DNA of 64,000 nucleotides, taken from positions 1,178,001-1,242,000 of the forward strand of contig LSRY02000025.1 in NCBI GenBank assembly GCA_001643675.2, given 5' to 3'. Numbering within the stretch: position 1 is the first letter of the stretch; every line of letters begins with the position of its first letter. Position numbers and translations under genes: made by a program. Shown here piece by piece: positions 36,301 through 51,300 of the stretch. The notes under the pieces were generated by a model that saw only the letters and a list, made by a program, of their open reading frames with translations, had not been told where the DNA came from and searched no databases. Origin of the DNA: Monocercomonoides exilis PA203. Taxonomy: Eukaryota; Protista; Preaxostyla.

Positions 36301-39300
36301 GACTGGTACTTTAACAGATGCAACTTTCTTCCAAACAGCCTGATCGTCCTTCAGCGCATTCAGTGGTTGAGTCAATGGCTTTGTGATGATGTAAATGTTG
36401 ACTCCTTCGATGAAGTATGGAAGAAGCATTGATGAAGACTGAATAGGAGGAGGAGTAATGCCATATGCGCTGATAACATCTGAGTTCAGCACGATGGTCT
36501 TCTGCTCTATGTTTTTGATAGTGAACTGATGAATGTCCTGTAACGACAGGAATTGCATCAGAATGGCATTTGAGGTGAATGCAAATTTGGGCTGAGTGAT
36601 ATTCGCAGCTGGGCAATCAGAGAAAGACCTATCTGAAGCAGAAGACGGAGAGCATATGGGGCATGGCTCACCGTCTAAGAAGAATGCATCAGAAGGAAGA
36701 GCCAAGAATCGTCTAAGAGATGCATATATTGCAGCATTGATGTGTGTGGACAATGCATTAAAGTGTGATACAATAAGTTGTGCAACAATTGAGATGATTC
36801 TGTGAATGATCTGCTTGTGCTGCTGGGCAGACGATGAGAAAACTGTGGCTGAAGACGAAGACGAAGACGACGAAGCAGACGATTCACGCTGCCATTCTGT
36901 TCCAAAGCGCAGATAAGTTTCTTCAATGAAGCGAGTGAGAAGAGTGAAAAGAGGAGCAATGTTCTTTCCCTTGTTGTGCGACAGACACAAATTAGGTAAA
37001 AGAAGAGAAAGCAAACGTGCTCTGGGCGACGGGAAGAGTTGTGGAGCAGAGACAGAAGCTGGTGCATTTGGCGAATACAGAGAAAGAGATGTAGTCAAGG
37101 CAGGTGTAGCAGCTGTGGGTAATTTAGGTGCTTCGCTTGGCATGATAAGTTTGGAAGAAAGAGAAGGCGACTGAGAATGTATTGGCGGTGTCAATGGCTC
37201 AAATGAGAGGATGTTCCAGAGAGAAACTATAAATGTGACAGCTCCCATTCTGATGCTGTGTGTTGCACCGTCGACAACCATCGTTGGGATGATGTGATTG
37301 ACAAGTGTCGGATGAGACAAAAACAGCCCAGCAAACATTTCATGTGGAGGTCGAGTGACGTTCTTTTGCTTTGTTTCAAATAGGATTTCTTGTTGGCGCT
37401 GGGAAGCCGTTTGACGTGACTTTTCGCGTTCAGCCATCTTTTCAATGTTTTGCTGAAGAAGCAATGGAAGTTTAACAGGTTTCAGAAGGAGTGATAGAAG
37501 TGTGAGGACGGTTGGAACAGAATCCGATGGCATTTGCGGAAGAGTGCGGATCAGTGCATCAAGTGCCGATGGATGCAGCAAAATGAACTGTGTCCAATTT
37601 TCTGGATGAGATTGGGCAGCAGCCTGAATCAAAGACAAGCAATGATTCAACGCCACTCTTTGCTGATATGTCAGAGCAATAGGGCCAGAAGCAATTGCAG
37701 CTGGGGACGAAGATTGAGGAGTTCCAGATAAAGAAGGTGAAGCTAAGCTGGGTGAAGGAGAAGCATAAGAAGAAGGAGATGGTTGAACAGACATTGGTGT
37801 GCATGCAACAACAGGTGTTGAAGTCACTGCAGCAGATAGCTGTGAAGATGGATAGGAAGGTGTCCTGAAGATCTTGCAGAGTGAAGGTATCATCCTCGCA
37901 ACAGCTCTCTCAGCCTTCTCGTTTGCGGTGCTGGCTCTGCTTTCTCTCAAGCGCTTTTCCTTCTCCTTCTCGCTGTCTCTAACAGCATCACCCAGCGGAA
38001 GTCTCATCAGAGCTGAAAGCTGCAGCATTCGGATAGAGAATAAGCCTTCGTCGCGAAGAAGATGTTCAATCGAGCGTTTTTCAAAGGCCAAAGCAGACAG
38101 CAGCGCAGATGCACTAACCGTTGCCATCTGAGTGCGGGTGAGCTGCATTGCCCAACATGCAACATCTACAAGCACACCTGGTGGCAAGCGCTTCAGCTGA
38201 TGAAGAACGAGAGAGGATTGCAGTTCATTTAGAATGCCCTCAGATGCACTGCAGAATGTGTTCTGTTTTGGTCTTTCTTCAGCGGCAGAAGTCTGCTGAG
38301 AAGATGACTGAGCGTTCTGTTCCATGCGAACAACTGCCCTAACGTTGTTTGATTCAACTTCATTCATTGATGTGCCACTTTGTCCTTCAGCCTTTTCAAA
38401 GGCATATACAATTTCAGGTGCAAAATCGATGCACCCAAGAAGTATTTTGTTGGTAGACAAAGCACGCACACAGCCATTCAAACAGTTAATTGATGCAAAA
38501 AGCGAAGACTCAAAGAACGCTACTTCGTTTATAATGAATGTGTTGTCCAGCATGTTTTCAACAACAAACTGACCGATGATTGTCTGTAAAACCGTAACAG
38601 GATATCGCCGACATTCAACGTATGATAGGAAGTTGTGTCTGTATACGTTTGCTCCTTTCATCGTGCTTGCCTTGCCACCCGGAGCCAAAACGCACGTTTT
38701 TTGCCGTTTGTTGTTGCTCATCTGGATTATCTCTTCTGCTGTGTTTCCAGTGCTGTCTGAATTTGAACCTGCTGAGGAAGAGCACTTCTCCTCGGAGCTG
38801 TTGTTAATGTTGCTCTTGTCTGGAAGAGCAGCAAGTGCAGATTTCTCGAACTGAGCAGGGAATTCGAGAGAATACTCATTCATACACGCGATTGTAATAA
38901 TGTCTTGGGCAGTTGATGATAACGCCCATGCAACAAATCCTTCGTCAACCAACGATTTTGCAAATGATGCGACGCAGATATCACAGATGATGCAATATGG
39001 TATTTTGAACATACCAACTTTGTCATATCCATTAATAACGTCCGCATTTATTCCAGAAAACGATTGCTGTTTTGATTTATCAGATGATGAGTGCTTGGCT
39101 GCTTTTGATTCATCAACGGTCTTTGATGCACTTTGCTTTTGTTTTTGCGGTGATTTCTTTGAATTTTGAAGGAATGTCTTTGAAAGTTCAGAGAAGTTTG
39201 ATGCATTTGAAGACAGAATAGATGAGATGGTGAACATCAGCACCACATCTATTACACACCATTCGTCTATCCTCTGTGGCTCCAGTGGCTGAATGATCTC

Positions 39301-42300
39301 GTCTTCCGATGCTTCCACTTGCATCAGTTCACGATATGCATCCATATACATCGTGGATAATGACGTTTCATTCTCTTTCAAAGGAGATCCTGATGACAAA
39401 TGATGCCAGAGAGAGAAATTAGAAAACGAAGGAGGACGACAAGAGCGGAGTGGAATCCATCTGCTAAGCTGATTTGAAAGAGGAGGAATGACATACGGAC
39501 GAAGCGAGAACGAAGGCGGTGAAGCAATATCAGTATTTGCTCTGATTGCTGTCTTCAGCTGAACTGCACTGGCAGATGAAGGAGAGACACTCGAAGACAG
39601 ACTTGTTGATGCTGATGAGATGTTTGTGCTGCTAGGTGTAGCAGGCGTGGAGCTTGAGAATGAAGATTCCAGATTCGAATTGGAAGAAGAAGCATATGGA
39701 TGTCTTCTAATGAGCGCATGAGAAAGAATCAATGCAGCCATCTTCGACTTAGCCAAGTCAAGGAGTATGTCATCAGCTGTCAGGGCTGCTGTAATGATTC
39801 TCCTCAAAATGATATAAAAGCCAGTTGTGTTGTTGAGATGCACTTCAGCAAGCGTCGGCTGATGCAGCGGAGTGACAGCAGCAGCCATTTCTGAAGGAGT
39901 TAAAAGGGACTTATTTTGTTCAGATTTGAATAGCTCATGACGCTGGACTCGGAAGAAATGAGCAAAATCTGCTTGGCCAGCAAATTCAGACAAGATGTGA
40001 ACGAGCATTGCAAATGGAGCGCTGCACAATGGTATTCCAAAGAGTCGCGTAGATGCACAGCTTGAAAGTTTTGATGGAGATGGAACAACAAACTTTATAA
40101 GCGGAATGGAAGATTTTGTTGTTGAATGTGCCTTCTTCTTTGCCTCGTTGTGTCTAGCCTTTTGATTTTGTTCTTCTCTTTTCTCTGGGCGAGGCAAAAT
40201 CTCCTTCATCTTGTGAGTGCTGTTATGTTCGCTTTGCTGTTTTTCTTCAGTCTCTGACTGTTCAGTCTGATTCTCTTCTGAATGAGTTCCATGTATTTTC
40301 TCGTGGCACTTCTCACACAAATCATAGTTTGTGCAAATTACACAATGATATCGTTTCTCATTAAATGGAATAACTTTGCCACATGAATCACAATTGTAGA
40401 TGATATCTTCAGAGGAGGAGCTTTCATCTTCTTTTCCTTCGTCATCTTCGTATGTCTCAGTGTCTTCATCATCTGCACTTGAATCCACAATTCCTCCTGT
40501 TTCACTCTTTAATTCATCTTTACCAGTTTTCTCCTGTGTTGATAGTTGCCTTTCATCAGATTTCTGAATGTCGCAAGAAGAACGGGGAGAAAATATTGAA
40601 CGCCATTGGGACAAAATTTCGCTTATGGCAGACACTGTCATTGTTGTAACGTTTGTATGTGGAATAAGCAGCAGAGATCGAATGAATGCATAGTTTGGCA
40701 CAATACTCGAAAGAAGTGATACAGACAGATCAACGTCTGATTGAAGGGTATTTTCCTTATCGTCAGCCTTCATGCTGTCTTTCAATAATGATGAGGCTTT
40801 ACCCTCATAATTGTCCATGACTCTTGTCAGTTTGCATTGTGCATCAAAGAAACAGCACCACACAGCAGCATTTATAATACGTTGTGAAGTCAGAGCGTGA
40901 ATATCGCTAAATGAGTCTTCGTTCTTGTTAATCCCATCGGCATCAAGAATGCCATTCATAAATTCATTGAACAAGAAGCACACATTTCTAGGAAGCTGTT
41001 TAATGCAATCAACTGGAGATTGATGTGTTGATTGTGTTTGAGAATATTGCAAAAGAACTTCAGCAAACTGCTTTGGAGACGCTGAAATAAGATCTGCAAC
41101 AGGCAGAAGAAGCCCAATGAAAGTGTCGATAAGTCCAGGAGGATGCCTTCGGCTGATCCATCTGCCATTTGCAGAAACATCTGCGCAAGAATTGCTCCGT
41201 GGATGAGACGAAGTCACAAAGAGTGTCAAAAATTGAATGGCAGCAGACAAAAATGGAAGAGAAGACGATTCATACGCACAAACAGAAGTGGTGCTGTTCA
41301 TCAGTCCAGAGTTTAAGAGCATTATTTCTGCATTTGCCACATTGCTGAGTTGCGGAGATGCCAGTGAATTGAACACTTCCACAGTTGAAATTGTTCGGTC
41401 AGTCAATAATGCATTGGCCAGCATTGCAGACAAATTGGAGTAAGATGAGGGATTTGACTGAGAGTCATTAAGTTTTTCTCCATCTGTAATGTATTTATTC
41501 CACTGTTTAGAGCAATCTTCATCAGATATGCAGAATCCTTTGCTGGCAGATGCAAAAAGCAATGAAATTGGTAATAGCTTCATTGTTGAGTGGAGAATGT
41601 TTTCTTGGACAAGAGCTGAAGCCTCGTAGAAGAATGGTGAAGCCAATGCACTTGGCGGTAGAGTTGATCCATGATGTTGATTGAATGAGGTGCACGACAG
41701 TCTTTTCATGGCAGCGAAGTCTGTTGTGCGGAAGAGGAAATCAAAGTTAGATTTCGCAGCACTCATTTCGTCAAACAACTGCTTGCAAAGTTTTGATGCA
41801 TCCAAGCCAGATTCATTCATGCACGTTTCAGCCATAATCTGTGAGAACATGTTGCAATAGCTCAAAAGAGAGTATTTTGATAAGCTCATTCCATACACTC
41901 GGACAGATAAGCTAATATCCAGCTCTGCAGGAGAAGATGATATTTGCATTTCCTTGTTTTCCTTCGATTGCTTTGAGTTTTCATTATTGCTTAATGTTGC
42001 TTTCTTTTCTGGCTTTGTCGATGTACTGGCAATTTCTTCTTTGTTATCCTTGCTGGTTGATTCAACATTATCTTTGTCTGTTGATGCTTCTGCAAGCGAT
42101 TCTTCCTTTTTCTCTTTGACGTCAGTTTTGTCGCTTTTCACTACCACCCCAAAGAACAAAGTTATCCCTGTTCCAATAAAGTACACATCTGTTCCATCCG
42201 GGACTCCTCGTGACTCGTTCACAGGAATGTTAACCCATCTCGTTTCTCCTTTGTGTATGACATACTTTCTGCTTTCTCTTTGACTTGGAGGAATTACATT

Positions 42301-45300
42301 TATGATTTGTTCTGATGACTCAGCCATAACAGTTGCTTCACAAGGAAGACCAAACACAACAAGATCTGAAGCATGCGATGTAATGCACAGATTAACACTT
42401 GTGATGTTCCAGTCTTCTTGATCCATGTCTTTTATGAGAAGAGTATAGAATCGAGGTTTCTTTGTATCGCTTGATTTGCTTTCTTCATCGCTTTCAGAGT
42501 GAGATGGCAAATCATTTGCTAGATTGTTTTCACTTGAAGAAGATGATTGGCTCTTTCTCACTCTGACGCTTTGTCCCTTTTTCAGCAATTGACTTATTGA
42601 TTCAGAGCCAGTTGCTTCTTTGTCAGTCTTCGAGCAATCTCCAATCAAATCTCCTTCGATACCAATCATGTTTGTGCAGTCAAATGAAAGCTCCAGAAGT
42701 TTCGATTGCCGCGAAAAATGCTGAGCAACCCATCCGTCCGGCTGCATTAGAGTGAGCATCGAAGGAGAACGGAACAAAATGGATGGTGCTAATGCTGGGC
42801 TCATCGCAGACACAGCTGAGTGATTGAACGACCAATAAGAAGTCAGCTGCATTGCGTTCATAACAATTGGCAATGGAATTTCAGGGTTAGTTGCCTTTTT
42901 AATCTGCAAATTCTCCCTTCCATCATTTAGACTCTGTTGTTGTCTTTCTTTTGAAGTACCACGTAATTTCAGTTCGCATCGTTGCAGCAGCATTCGCAGG
43001 GTGTCATAAGGCGCAAATGAATAAGAAGAAGCTGCAGATGAAATGGCATTCATATCAAACAGCTGAGTCAGTGGATTAAGAGGAGACAAGGCTGGAGGCA
43101 TCCTCTCCGCATCTGAGTTTATGGAAAGCGATTGTGCGAAGTGGGAAAGGGGCAAATAAGAAGGCTGGTGCAAAAGTGACTGGATTAGAGAAGAGTGTTT
43201 TGAAGGATACAACGAGCCGTCCAGAAGAGAGTCCATCTGAGAAGATGCTTGCTGTGGAAGAGAGGGAAATAGAGAGCGTGTTAAATGAGGAGAAAGAGCA
43301 AATGCTTGAGAGCCCACACGAAGTGGATGGAGAAGAGTAGGTATTCGAGTAACAGAAGGTATTGGCGATGGCATAATTACTGAAGAAGATTTTGCAGTTG
43401 AAGAAGAAGAAGCAGATGATGACGATGAGGGGGAAGAGGAAGAAGAAGAAGATGATGATGATGATGTCGACGATAATAGTTTCTTCGCAGCAAAGTAACG
43501 AGCATCCAAAAGTGGGCGAAGCGAAAGAGGAAGTTGAGGCGACAGAAGGAAGAAGGAGAGTGAACCGTCATCCATCATCAGAGCTACGCCAAGCGGAGTA
43601 GTGTCAACAGATTCTGCCAGTTGGCGCAGGCTCATCGCAATAAAGTCATCTCCAATCATCTTCTGAATGGCTAACTTGCTCGGTGAGGAAGAGGAAGAGG
43701 AAGAGGAAGAGGATGAAGGAGCAGGAGAAGAAGTCTTAAACGGATTTGAAGATGAGGAAGATGGATTTTCAGATGGTTGTGGGGCATTTGAAGCAGATTG
43801 TTCATTTTTTGAAGTATTTGTTGATGGATAAGAGCATCCAGGGTCAAGAAGTGGTGTATGAACACCCAACATCTGTCTGCCTATCATCTCTTCGCTCACA
43901 GACGAAAGAGCAAACATCTTCTCATCGAACTCTGATGAGCGTGCCCCGTTGACCGACTTGTCTAAGATGAATGTCGAAGAAGGCGCATAAGATGCAGAAG
44001 AGGGCGGAGAAAGCGCAAACATCGCAGTAAATGGATGTGCTGCTGATGGTGACGTTGTCTTCACATGTGATGGAATGCTTCCTCTTTTGGTGCTCATTCT
44101 GTTTGATCCATCTTCGTATCGCTCAAAGCGCTCGGTGAATGAGCCTCCGAAGGCATCAGGTCCGATGGCATGAAGCATCGGAGGCAGAAGGCACCTTCTT
44201 CTGTAGGCACCTCTTATCAGCTGCTCTTTCGTTCCTCCTGTCAAATCGCCTGGATACGAGTTGAAATATTGAGAGAACGAGTCGAGTGAGTTATTTTGCA
44301 ACGACCTGAATATTTGTGGATGGCATGGCGTAAAAGTGAATAAGCTCATGGCAATGATGTTCGCAGATTTCTCAGAAGAAGTGCTTGAGTTTGATGAGGA
44401 TGAGGATGAGGATGAAGAGCTATTCAAAGAAGAGTACTCCGATGAGCATACAACAGAACGACTCAGTGCTATTTTCCTTGTAAATATTGTGTTTGCCTTT
44501 GATTGAGATGAAGGACCGCTGAGAGTGCTGACTGTGAGTGTGTCGTTGTGTGCCATCAGCACAAGCGACAGTCCCCAGCAGTGTGCTGTTCTAACAATGG
44601 GAGGATTCAGCAGAGAAAGGGTTTCATTTGACTGTGCCAATTTGGATGACAGCTGTGATGATGGAAGAGAAGTTAAGGTTTCTGTACTTTTTGGAGCAGA
44701 ATACGATGATGAATAATAAGATGATGAAAACTTTTGCGTTAAAGAGGATCCCCAGCCATAGCCGCCATCACTTGAATTGCTACAGAGGTCGTTAAATGGA
44801 TTGTCTTCGGTGAATTGTGGGTGAAATTCTTCATTCTGTGGATGATAGGAGTTATTGAATGAACCACTTGCCTTAGGACTTTGTTTAGCATTTTTGGATG
44901 TTGAAGATGAAGTCGATGAAAAAGTATTTGCAGAATCTGAAGATGCAGAAGCTATTCCTGTGGACAACAGCGATGATGAGGATGATGAAGCATTTGATGG
45001 AGTACCGAAGGAAGGAGCGTCGAATGGCATCAACAGCTTGCCAGTGCTGCTGCTGTTGCTGGCATCTGCTCTTTCAGAAATCTCGTCGTTCATCAGCGGA
45101 CAGGCAAAACTGATTGAAGAAGTGTCCAAATCAAGTGCAGTGACATAAGCATCAGTTGGGCTGTGTCCGATGATGAATGTGAAAAGAGTGCTGTTCGTAT
45201 TTTTGGAGACTGCTGCTGTTGGAGATGGAGAAATAAAGAATGATACAGCATTCACCAGAGAAGATGGTGCATTCTGTTTTGATTCCTTTCCAGAAGACAC

Positions 45301-48300
45301 ATCTTTTGATTTCTTTGATGCAAATTTTTCGATTTCTTTGAACGATGTGAGTGGAGCATCGAAGAGACGATTCTTAGTTGTTGTGCTTGCAGAATGCGAA
45401 GAGGCAGCTTTGCTTGACGATGTTGCATGTTTTGATGCAAATTCAAATGTTGCCTTTGAACACTTGTCAGAAGGATCTGAGTTGTGTTCAGTAGATGTTG
45501 CTGGCTGACTATCTTCTGTGTGTGGCAGAGGCAACGCTAATTGATGATTACTCTTCATCCATTCTGTGTTTGTCCAGTCTTCTCCTTCGACATAATAGCG
45601 AAGAACATCTCCGTTCCCTTTCACAGCAAGAATTACATGTGTCCTTTTGTGCATACTCGAACAAAGTGACTTTGATGAAAGACTATTCCACGAGTTCTGA
45701 TTGCGAAGAGATGATTCCGATGGCTGGAGGGTTATTACACATCCATCAACAATGCAGGAATCAGTTATGTTTCGAAGTTGGTCTTCTGTTTGAGGGAGTT
45801 TCGAAGAAGACGATGAAGAAGAAAACGGAGGATTGTAATACATCTTAGCGAGTTTCTGATAGTCGTCTACGAACAGTGTCAGTATTGGATTGCGTGTGTC
45901 AACATCAACATTGAACACTTTCACCCAAAGTGGAGAGAATACCACAAGAAGAGGAGTCGAGTCCTCCAGCCATTCTGCCTTGAGCAGCTGGTGAACAGTA
46001 AAGCACGATGCATAACGCGAACACGATGCATCGCCAGAGCTGCCACTGGAGCTGCTTGAAGATCTATATGGAGCCTTTCCAAAGCCTCCTGGGCCTCCTC
46101 CGTCGTCGTTGTCGTGTGGCTGCTTGTTGTGCAACTTGTCTTCTCTAAACTCAGCTACACCGCCAAATCCAAGATCCAGCTCCAACGCCTTCGAAACACG
46201 CTTGTATTCGCTCTGGCTGTGAAGAAGCACAGAAGCACAGTTCTGTTTTCCAACAGCCGCGACAAGTCCATGAATGAGTGGATGGACAGCTAATGACACT
46301 GCAGGGAAGTTAAGATGGTAGTGGAAGCATGTTAAAGAGTCTAAGGACACTTGAGGGAGAGGTGCAGCAAGTGAAGATGGTGGAATAAGAGAGGTGAAGT
46401 CAAGTGCGAGATTAGGAAGCGACAATATTCGAGTTGTTGTAATTGCCTTGTTGTCTAGTTTGTCTTTTTGTGCATCCAATTTGCCAATCTTTCTCGTTGA
46501 ATGCATTTGATGGCGACGAAGATGAGGATATTCTGGAAGTGTCTGACACAAAATGGCTGTTATGTGTGCAGAATCTTCCAACGATTCATTGAAATATGTT
46601 GATTCTGAAGGAAGAACATTGATCTCCACTTTTTCTTGTTCCAACTCTTCCTTTGAAGGTGTTGCTGTTCCTTTGCCAGGCTGAGGCAGCTGCTCAAATT
46701 CAATTGCATCAAAGCCATCGCCTCTGCCATTAGAAGCAAATGGATTTGCTTCTGATTGGGAGCCACGGGACATGTCTTTCCATTTCATGTCTATATCATT
46801 TTGGAAGCTTGCTTGTGCTTTGTCTTGTGATTCATTCGCATTGTTGGTTGATGAAACTATCCTCTTAACTCTTTGCTTTGGACGACCGCTCGTTTTAACT
46901 GGTCTTTTCGTTTCTTGCACTTTTTCGGTTTTCTTTTCTGAAGAAGAAAGCGATATCTCTTCCTCATGTTGCGCTTCATCTAACGTAAACTTCACTGGTA
47001 CATGGAACATCTCAATTAACTCCTTTTCTCCTTTTGCACCTTTCAGGCTTACCGCTCTTTGTTTGGCTCCTTCTCCATTGCTTTTTTCTTCTTTATTTGC
47101 TCCGTTAATCATCGTCACTCCGCTTTCAATGCCTTTCATAATTGCATCTTGAATGTGTTCTAATCCGCCCATAGAATCAACTGCTGTTTGGATGTCAGCA
47201 TCGCAGCAGTAGCGGAATGCCATTGCGGGAAATAGCTGCTTCATATTCAGCACATTTAAGCCATCGTTATCAGCCATCAGCGCATACTCAGACGAGATAA
47301 AGACAAAAGGCATGCGAAGTCCTCTTCGCTCCATTTCGTCCATTTTTGAATCTTTTGACAGAGCATTCAGGAGATTACTGCCAGACTTTTCTGAGCTGGT
47401 ATAATATCTTGTGGTTGATGTCGGCTTTTGCTTCTCTCCTGGAGGAAGCTTTGAAGAAAATGAGATTGGCTTGAACTTATCAAGGGGAACGAGGGGTGGG
47501 AATGTGACTATGTTGAGATGGTCAAGGCGCGGCGCATGTAAAAAGCTTGCTTCATCATTGCTGAACGGCGACGCATGAACAACCAAAACAGAAGGATTAT
47601 CATCTTCTTTCAGCACAATTTGTGAGCTTCGCTTGGATGAAATAATTGCCTGAGGAGCATTGACTGCAGTTACAATTGATTTTTGAGCAGAATTGGAAGA
47701 GAAATGTTTTGACTTTTGCTTATCAAAAGCAGCAAGGGCAGACGAACGCGCACAGTCAAGTGGCACTGATTGAATGATTGATGGACACAATGTGCTCGTG
47801 GAGAAGCAGGTGGAGATATTCGATTCAGGAACTGAGAGATCTGATGATATCTCGTCCTCAGAATTGCATGCAGGATTCGAAGATGCCGAAGAATGTGAAG
47901 CATCAGTTTGTTCTTTGATACTCTTAGGCAGAGGATCGACATAAATAGTTTCAATATTCATGCAGAGAGAGTGAGCAACAGAAGCTGCACAAGCTAAATG
48001 ATGAATACGGAACAAGAAGACAGTCACATGCTGCAGCACAGGAACGAGCTGAGAAGGCGCCAAAGGTGATGACTTATCTGTGACCAGTTGTGAAAAGTCA
48101 GATGATGATGTGATGTAGAGATTTGGCAGCCAGAGAAAGTCTTCATCTTCGCCAAATATTTCCCTTAGAGACAAAGAAGGCAGGCCAGCAGTGGACGATG
48201 CTTGCAATCCAAACATGAAGCAGGGTTCACCACAATCTGCACATGGCGTAGATATGTCAGCCTTCTTTTGGCGTTCTTCATCATTTATGGTAACTTGCCT

Positions 48301-51300
48301 ACCAGGATGATAAATCTGTGCAGGTGCAATATCGTGTCCTTCGTGTTTGCGTGCACATCGCCAGCAGAGGATGCTGTGCCCGGTTTCATCTTTCGATTTT
48401 CCATCTGAATGGCCATGGCATGAGTAGCATATAAAAGATGGTCTGTTTATAAATGCAAGAAGATTTTTATCAGCAGGTGTATTTGTTATAATGTTTGGAT
48501 AAATTCTTGATAAGCACAACGGGTCGTCTTCAGGTGTTGATTTAGTCTGTTTATTCGTTAACGTGTTGTGGATAAGCATAAAGCGCATAACAGCTTCCTT
48601 TTTTACTTTTGAAATAAGCATCTGAATTTTTCGAGTATCTTCAGTGTTTTCAACTTCATCCTCGTCAATAGCTTTCATAAGTTCGGATGATGGAGACATA
48701 TTTGTGTTCACCAGCAATGCCAGTTTCGGCAACAATTCGTATTGCAAAGGATCGACGATGTCTGTTTTGGATTCCTTTTGGTTGATGAATGGAGCCATTA
48801 CGCCATTATTGGTCAGCCTTTTCATGATACCCTTTGTGTATCGATTAACAGACTCTTCAACACTTTCACTGGTTTTCTTTGCTTTTGTCTTTTTACCTTC
48901 AGCTTCCCTTTTTCCAGCTGCAATTGGAGATTCAATTTCTTCTCTTAAATGTCCATCTCCAAATGGCTCAACCTCAATCTCTTTATACTCTTCCACTTTT
49001 TGTTCGTTATCCTTTATAGAAGTGCAGATGTTCTCCAGTGTTGTTTTGTCAGTGCTGCCATCATCTAATTGAATATCACCCAAGTGATTTGGTGACTCCT
49101 TCATCGACATAATTATAGTCATCACTGAATTAATCAGCTGAAGACATAATGTCACTCCGCTCAAAGAACGTAATCTGCGAATGCTTAAAAATGCTTGTTT
49201 GTTTGATGAACTGGACGATGCTTCAGAAGCTGATGATGCATCTTCAGTGATTTTGTTGTATAAAGCGGTGAATGGTCCGATTAGCTCATGAAGAGCTGCA
49301 TGAGACAGCTTCAAAGGAGAATACAGCGGATCTTCAGAAGAATACGCAGAAGAATCGTTGATTGAAGCATTTGATTCTCCTGTTAGTTCCTTCGATATAT
49401 CACACAGCTGCAGACAGCCAGGAAGAGGAGCCATCGAAGAAATGTCGGCAAATGTTGAGAGGAACTGAACAATGATAGAAAACAGATCAATCACACGATT
49501 CTGTGCAATAGAAAGCTTTTGGGCAAGAGCAAATAAGAAGAGATGATAAGACGATAAGGAAGGAAGTGAAGGGCGTGACAGAGAAAGAAGAGAAGATAAA
49601 GGAAGTGGGTCAATTGAGACAGAAGGAAACGACTGATCCACCGTGACAAGAAGATCTGGGAAAATGTTCAAAAGAGACGACAGCAATGAATCACACAGAG
49701 AATAAAGAGAGAAATCGAGATTTGAAGATGCTTGCAATTTGCTATGCTTTCTCAGGCTCCAATTAGCTGACAGAGATAATGGTTCAGCAGAGAAGATAAG
49801 TGCATCTATGAAAGCACACACAAGTCTTTTCATTGCCAGTCCAAACAAATGAATACGATGTTCTGCAGATTCAACTTCAAATTGATTTGAGCATTCTATA
49901 TCTTTGCTTTCAGCTGCTTCGAATTCATCGCAGATCTGTTCTTGTGTTTGTTCATTTTCATCCAACTTCTCATCAACAATTGTTCTCAAAAGAACATTCC
50001 AGAATGCATCCATCTTTTCAGCTCTGCCATTTTCTGTGGCTTTCCACAATTCTTTACCAACAAACTTTCGAATATGAATGTCTTGCACAAACAGCATCAG
50101 CAGAGAGCACAACGAATAGCTGAGTTCTGGAATCACTGAATATGGCGAAAGCACTTGAAGGTCTTTCTGTTTATCACTATCTTCGTCTGTGCTCAATGGA
50201 GAAGTCATGAACAGGTTGTTTGGCGTTCCTGTGGATTGAAGAATTGATTTGACGTTGATGCAGAAATGATTCTGTTCCTCATCGTTAAACAAAACACCTG
50301 AGGAAGCAGATGCTGTATACGATCTGATAAGAAGAGACATAGGGAAGAATGAAGATTTTTCTTCGGATGAGTGACTAGAAGCAGAGCAAGAAGCAGACGT
50401 ATCATCTGATTGAGCTGAATCCGAGCAAAATGCAGATGAAATAGAAGATAAAAGAGGAAACAGGAGTGAAATTTGTGCAACAGAAGATGCTGTTGAAATA
50501 TTTGAATGAACAATTCGAGGAAGACGAGGATCTGTGTGAGTAAAGAATGGTGATGGAATAATTGGAGGTGCGCTGGTCATTCCAGAATGGTAACTTTGAG
50601 GTATCTCTTTGGGTAAGCTCACAACAGACAAGATGTCATCCAACGATGGCGAGGGAGGAATAGTCAGCAGGGCAGCCATAAGAGAGTGTGTTAGCTCTCC
50701 AAAGAACATCTCTTGCAGAGTGCGGATTCCTCGTGCCACAAGAACAGACACTACAAACATGCGCTGCCTGGCATATCTGTCTGGCTCGTCAGATGACTTT
50801 CCCTCAGGTTTTGTAATTGATTGGTCTAATTTGGATGTAATTTGAAGCCATCCTTCAAAAAGCAAGCGAATTGTGTTCAGAAGATGTGCAAGGGTAAACG
50901 AACACAGAAGAGAGGCACCTAAAATAATCCTCAGACAACTCAATGTCTGCAGCTGCAAGACAACTCCTATCTGAGTGTGTGTCAAAAGGCGAGAAAGAGA
51001 ATGGAGGAGAGAATGAACCAAAGAAGATGGAAGTACAAAGATACAAGGAAGCACAGATGCTCCTGAAAAAGAAGGAGAGCCAGGTGAAGATGATGGAATT
51101 GTAGGAGAAGCAGGTGGTGATATTGAAAACAAAGACGACGACGAAGAGGAATCTTGTGTGCTCTCTAAGGCACTTTTAGATGGGCTGTTTGACTTCTCAT
51201 CAGCTTGTTTGGATTCAGGCTTTGATTCTTTTGGTGATTCAGAAGGAGTCTTGCTTGTCAAAGAAGGCTGCTTTGCATCATGAGAGATTTCAGGAGATGC

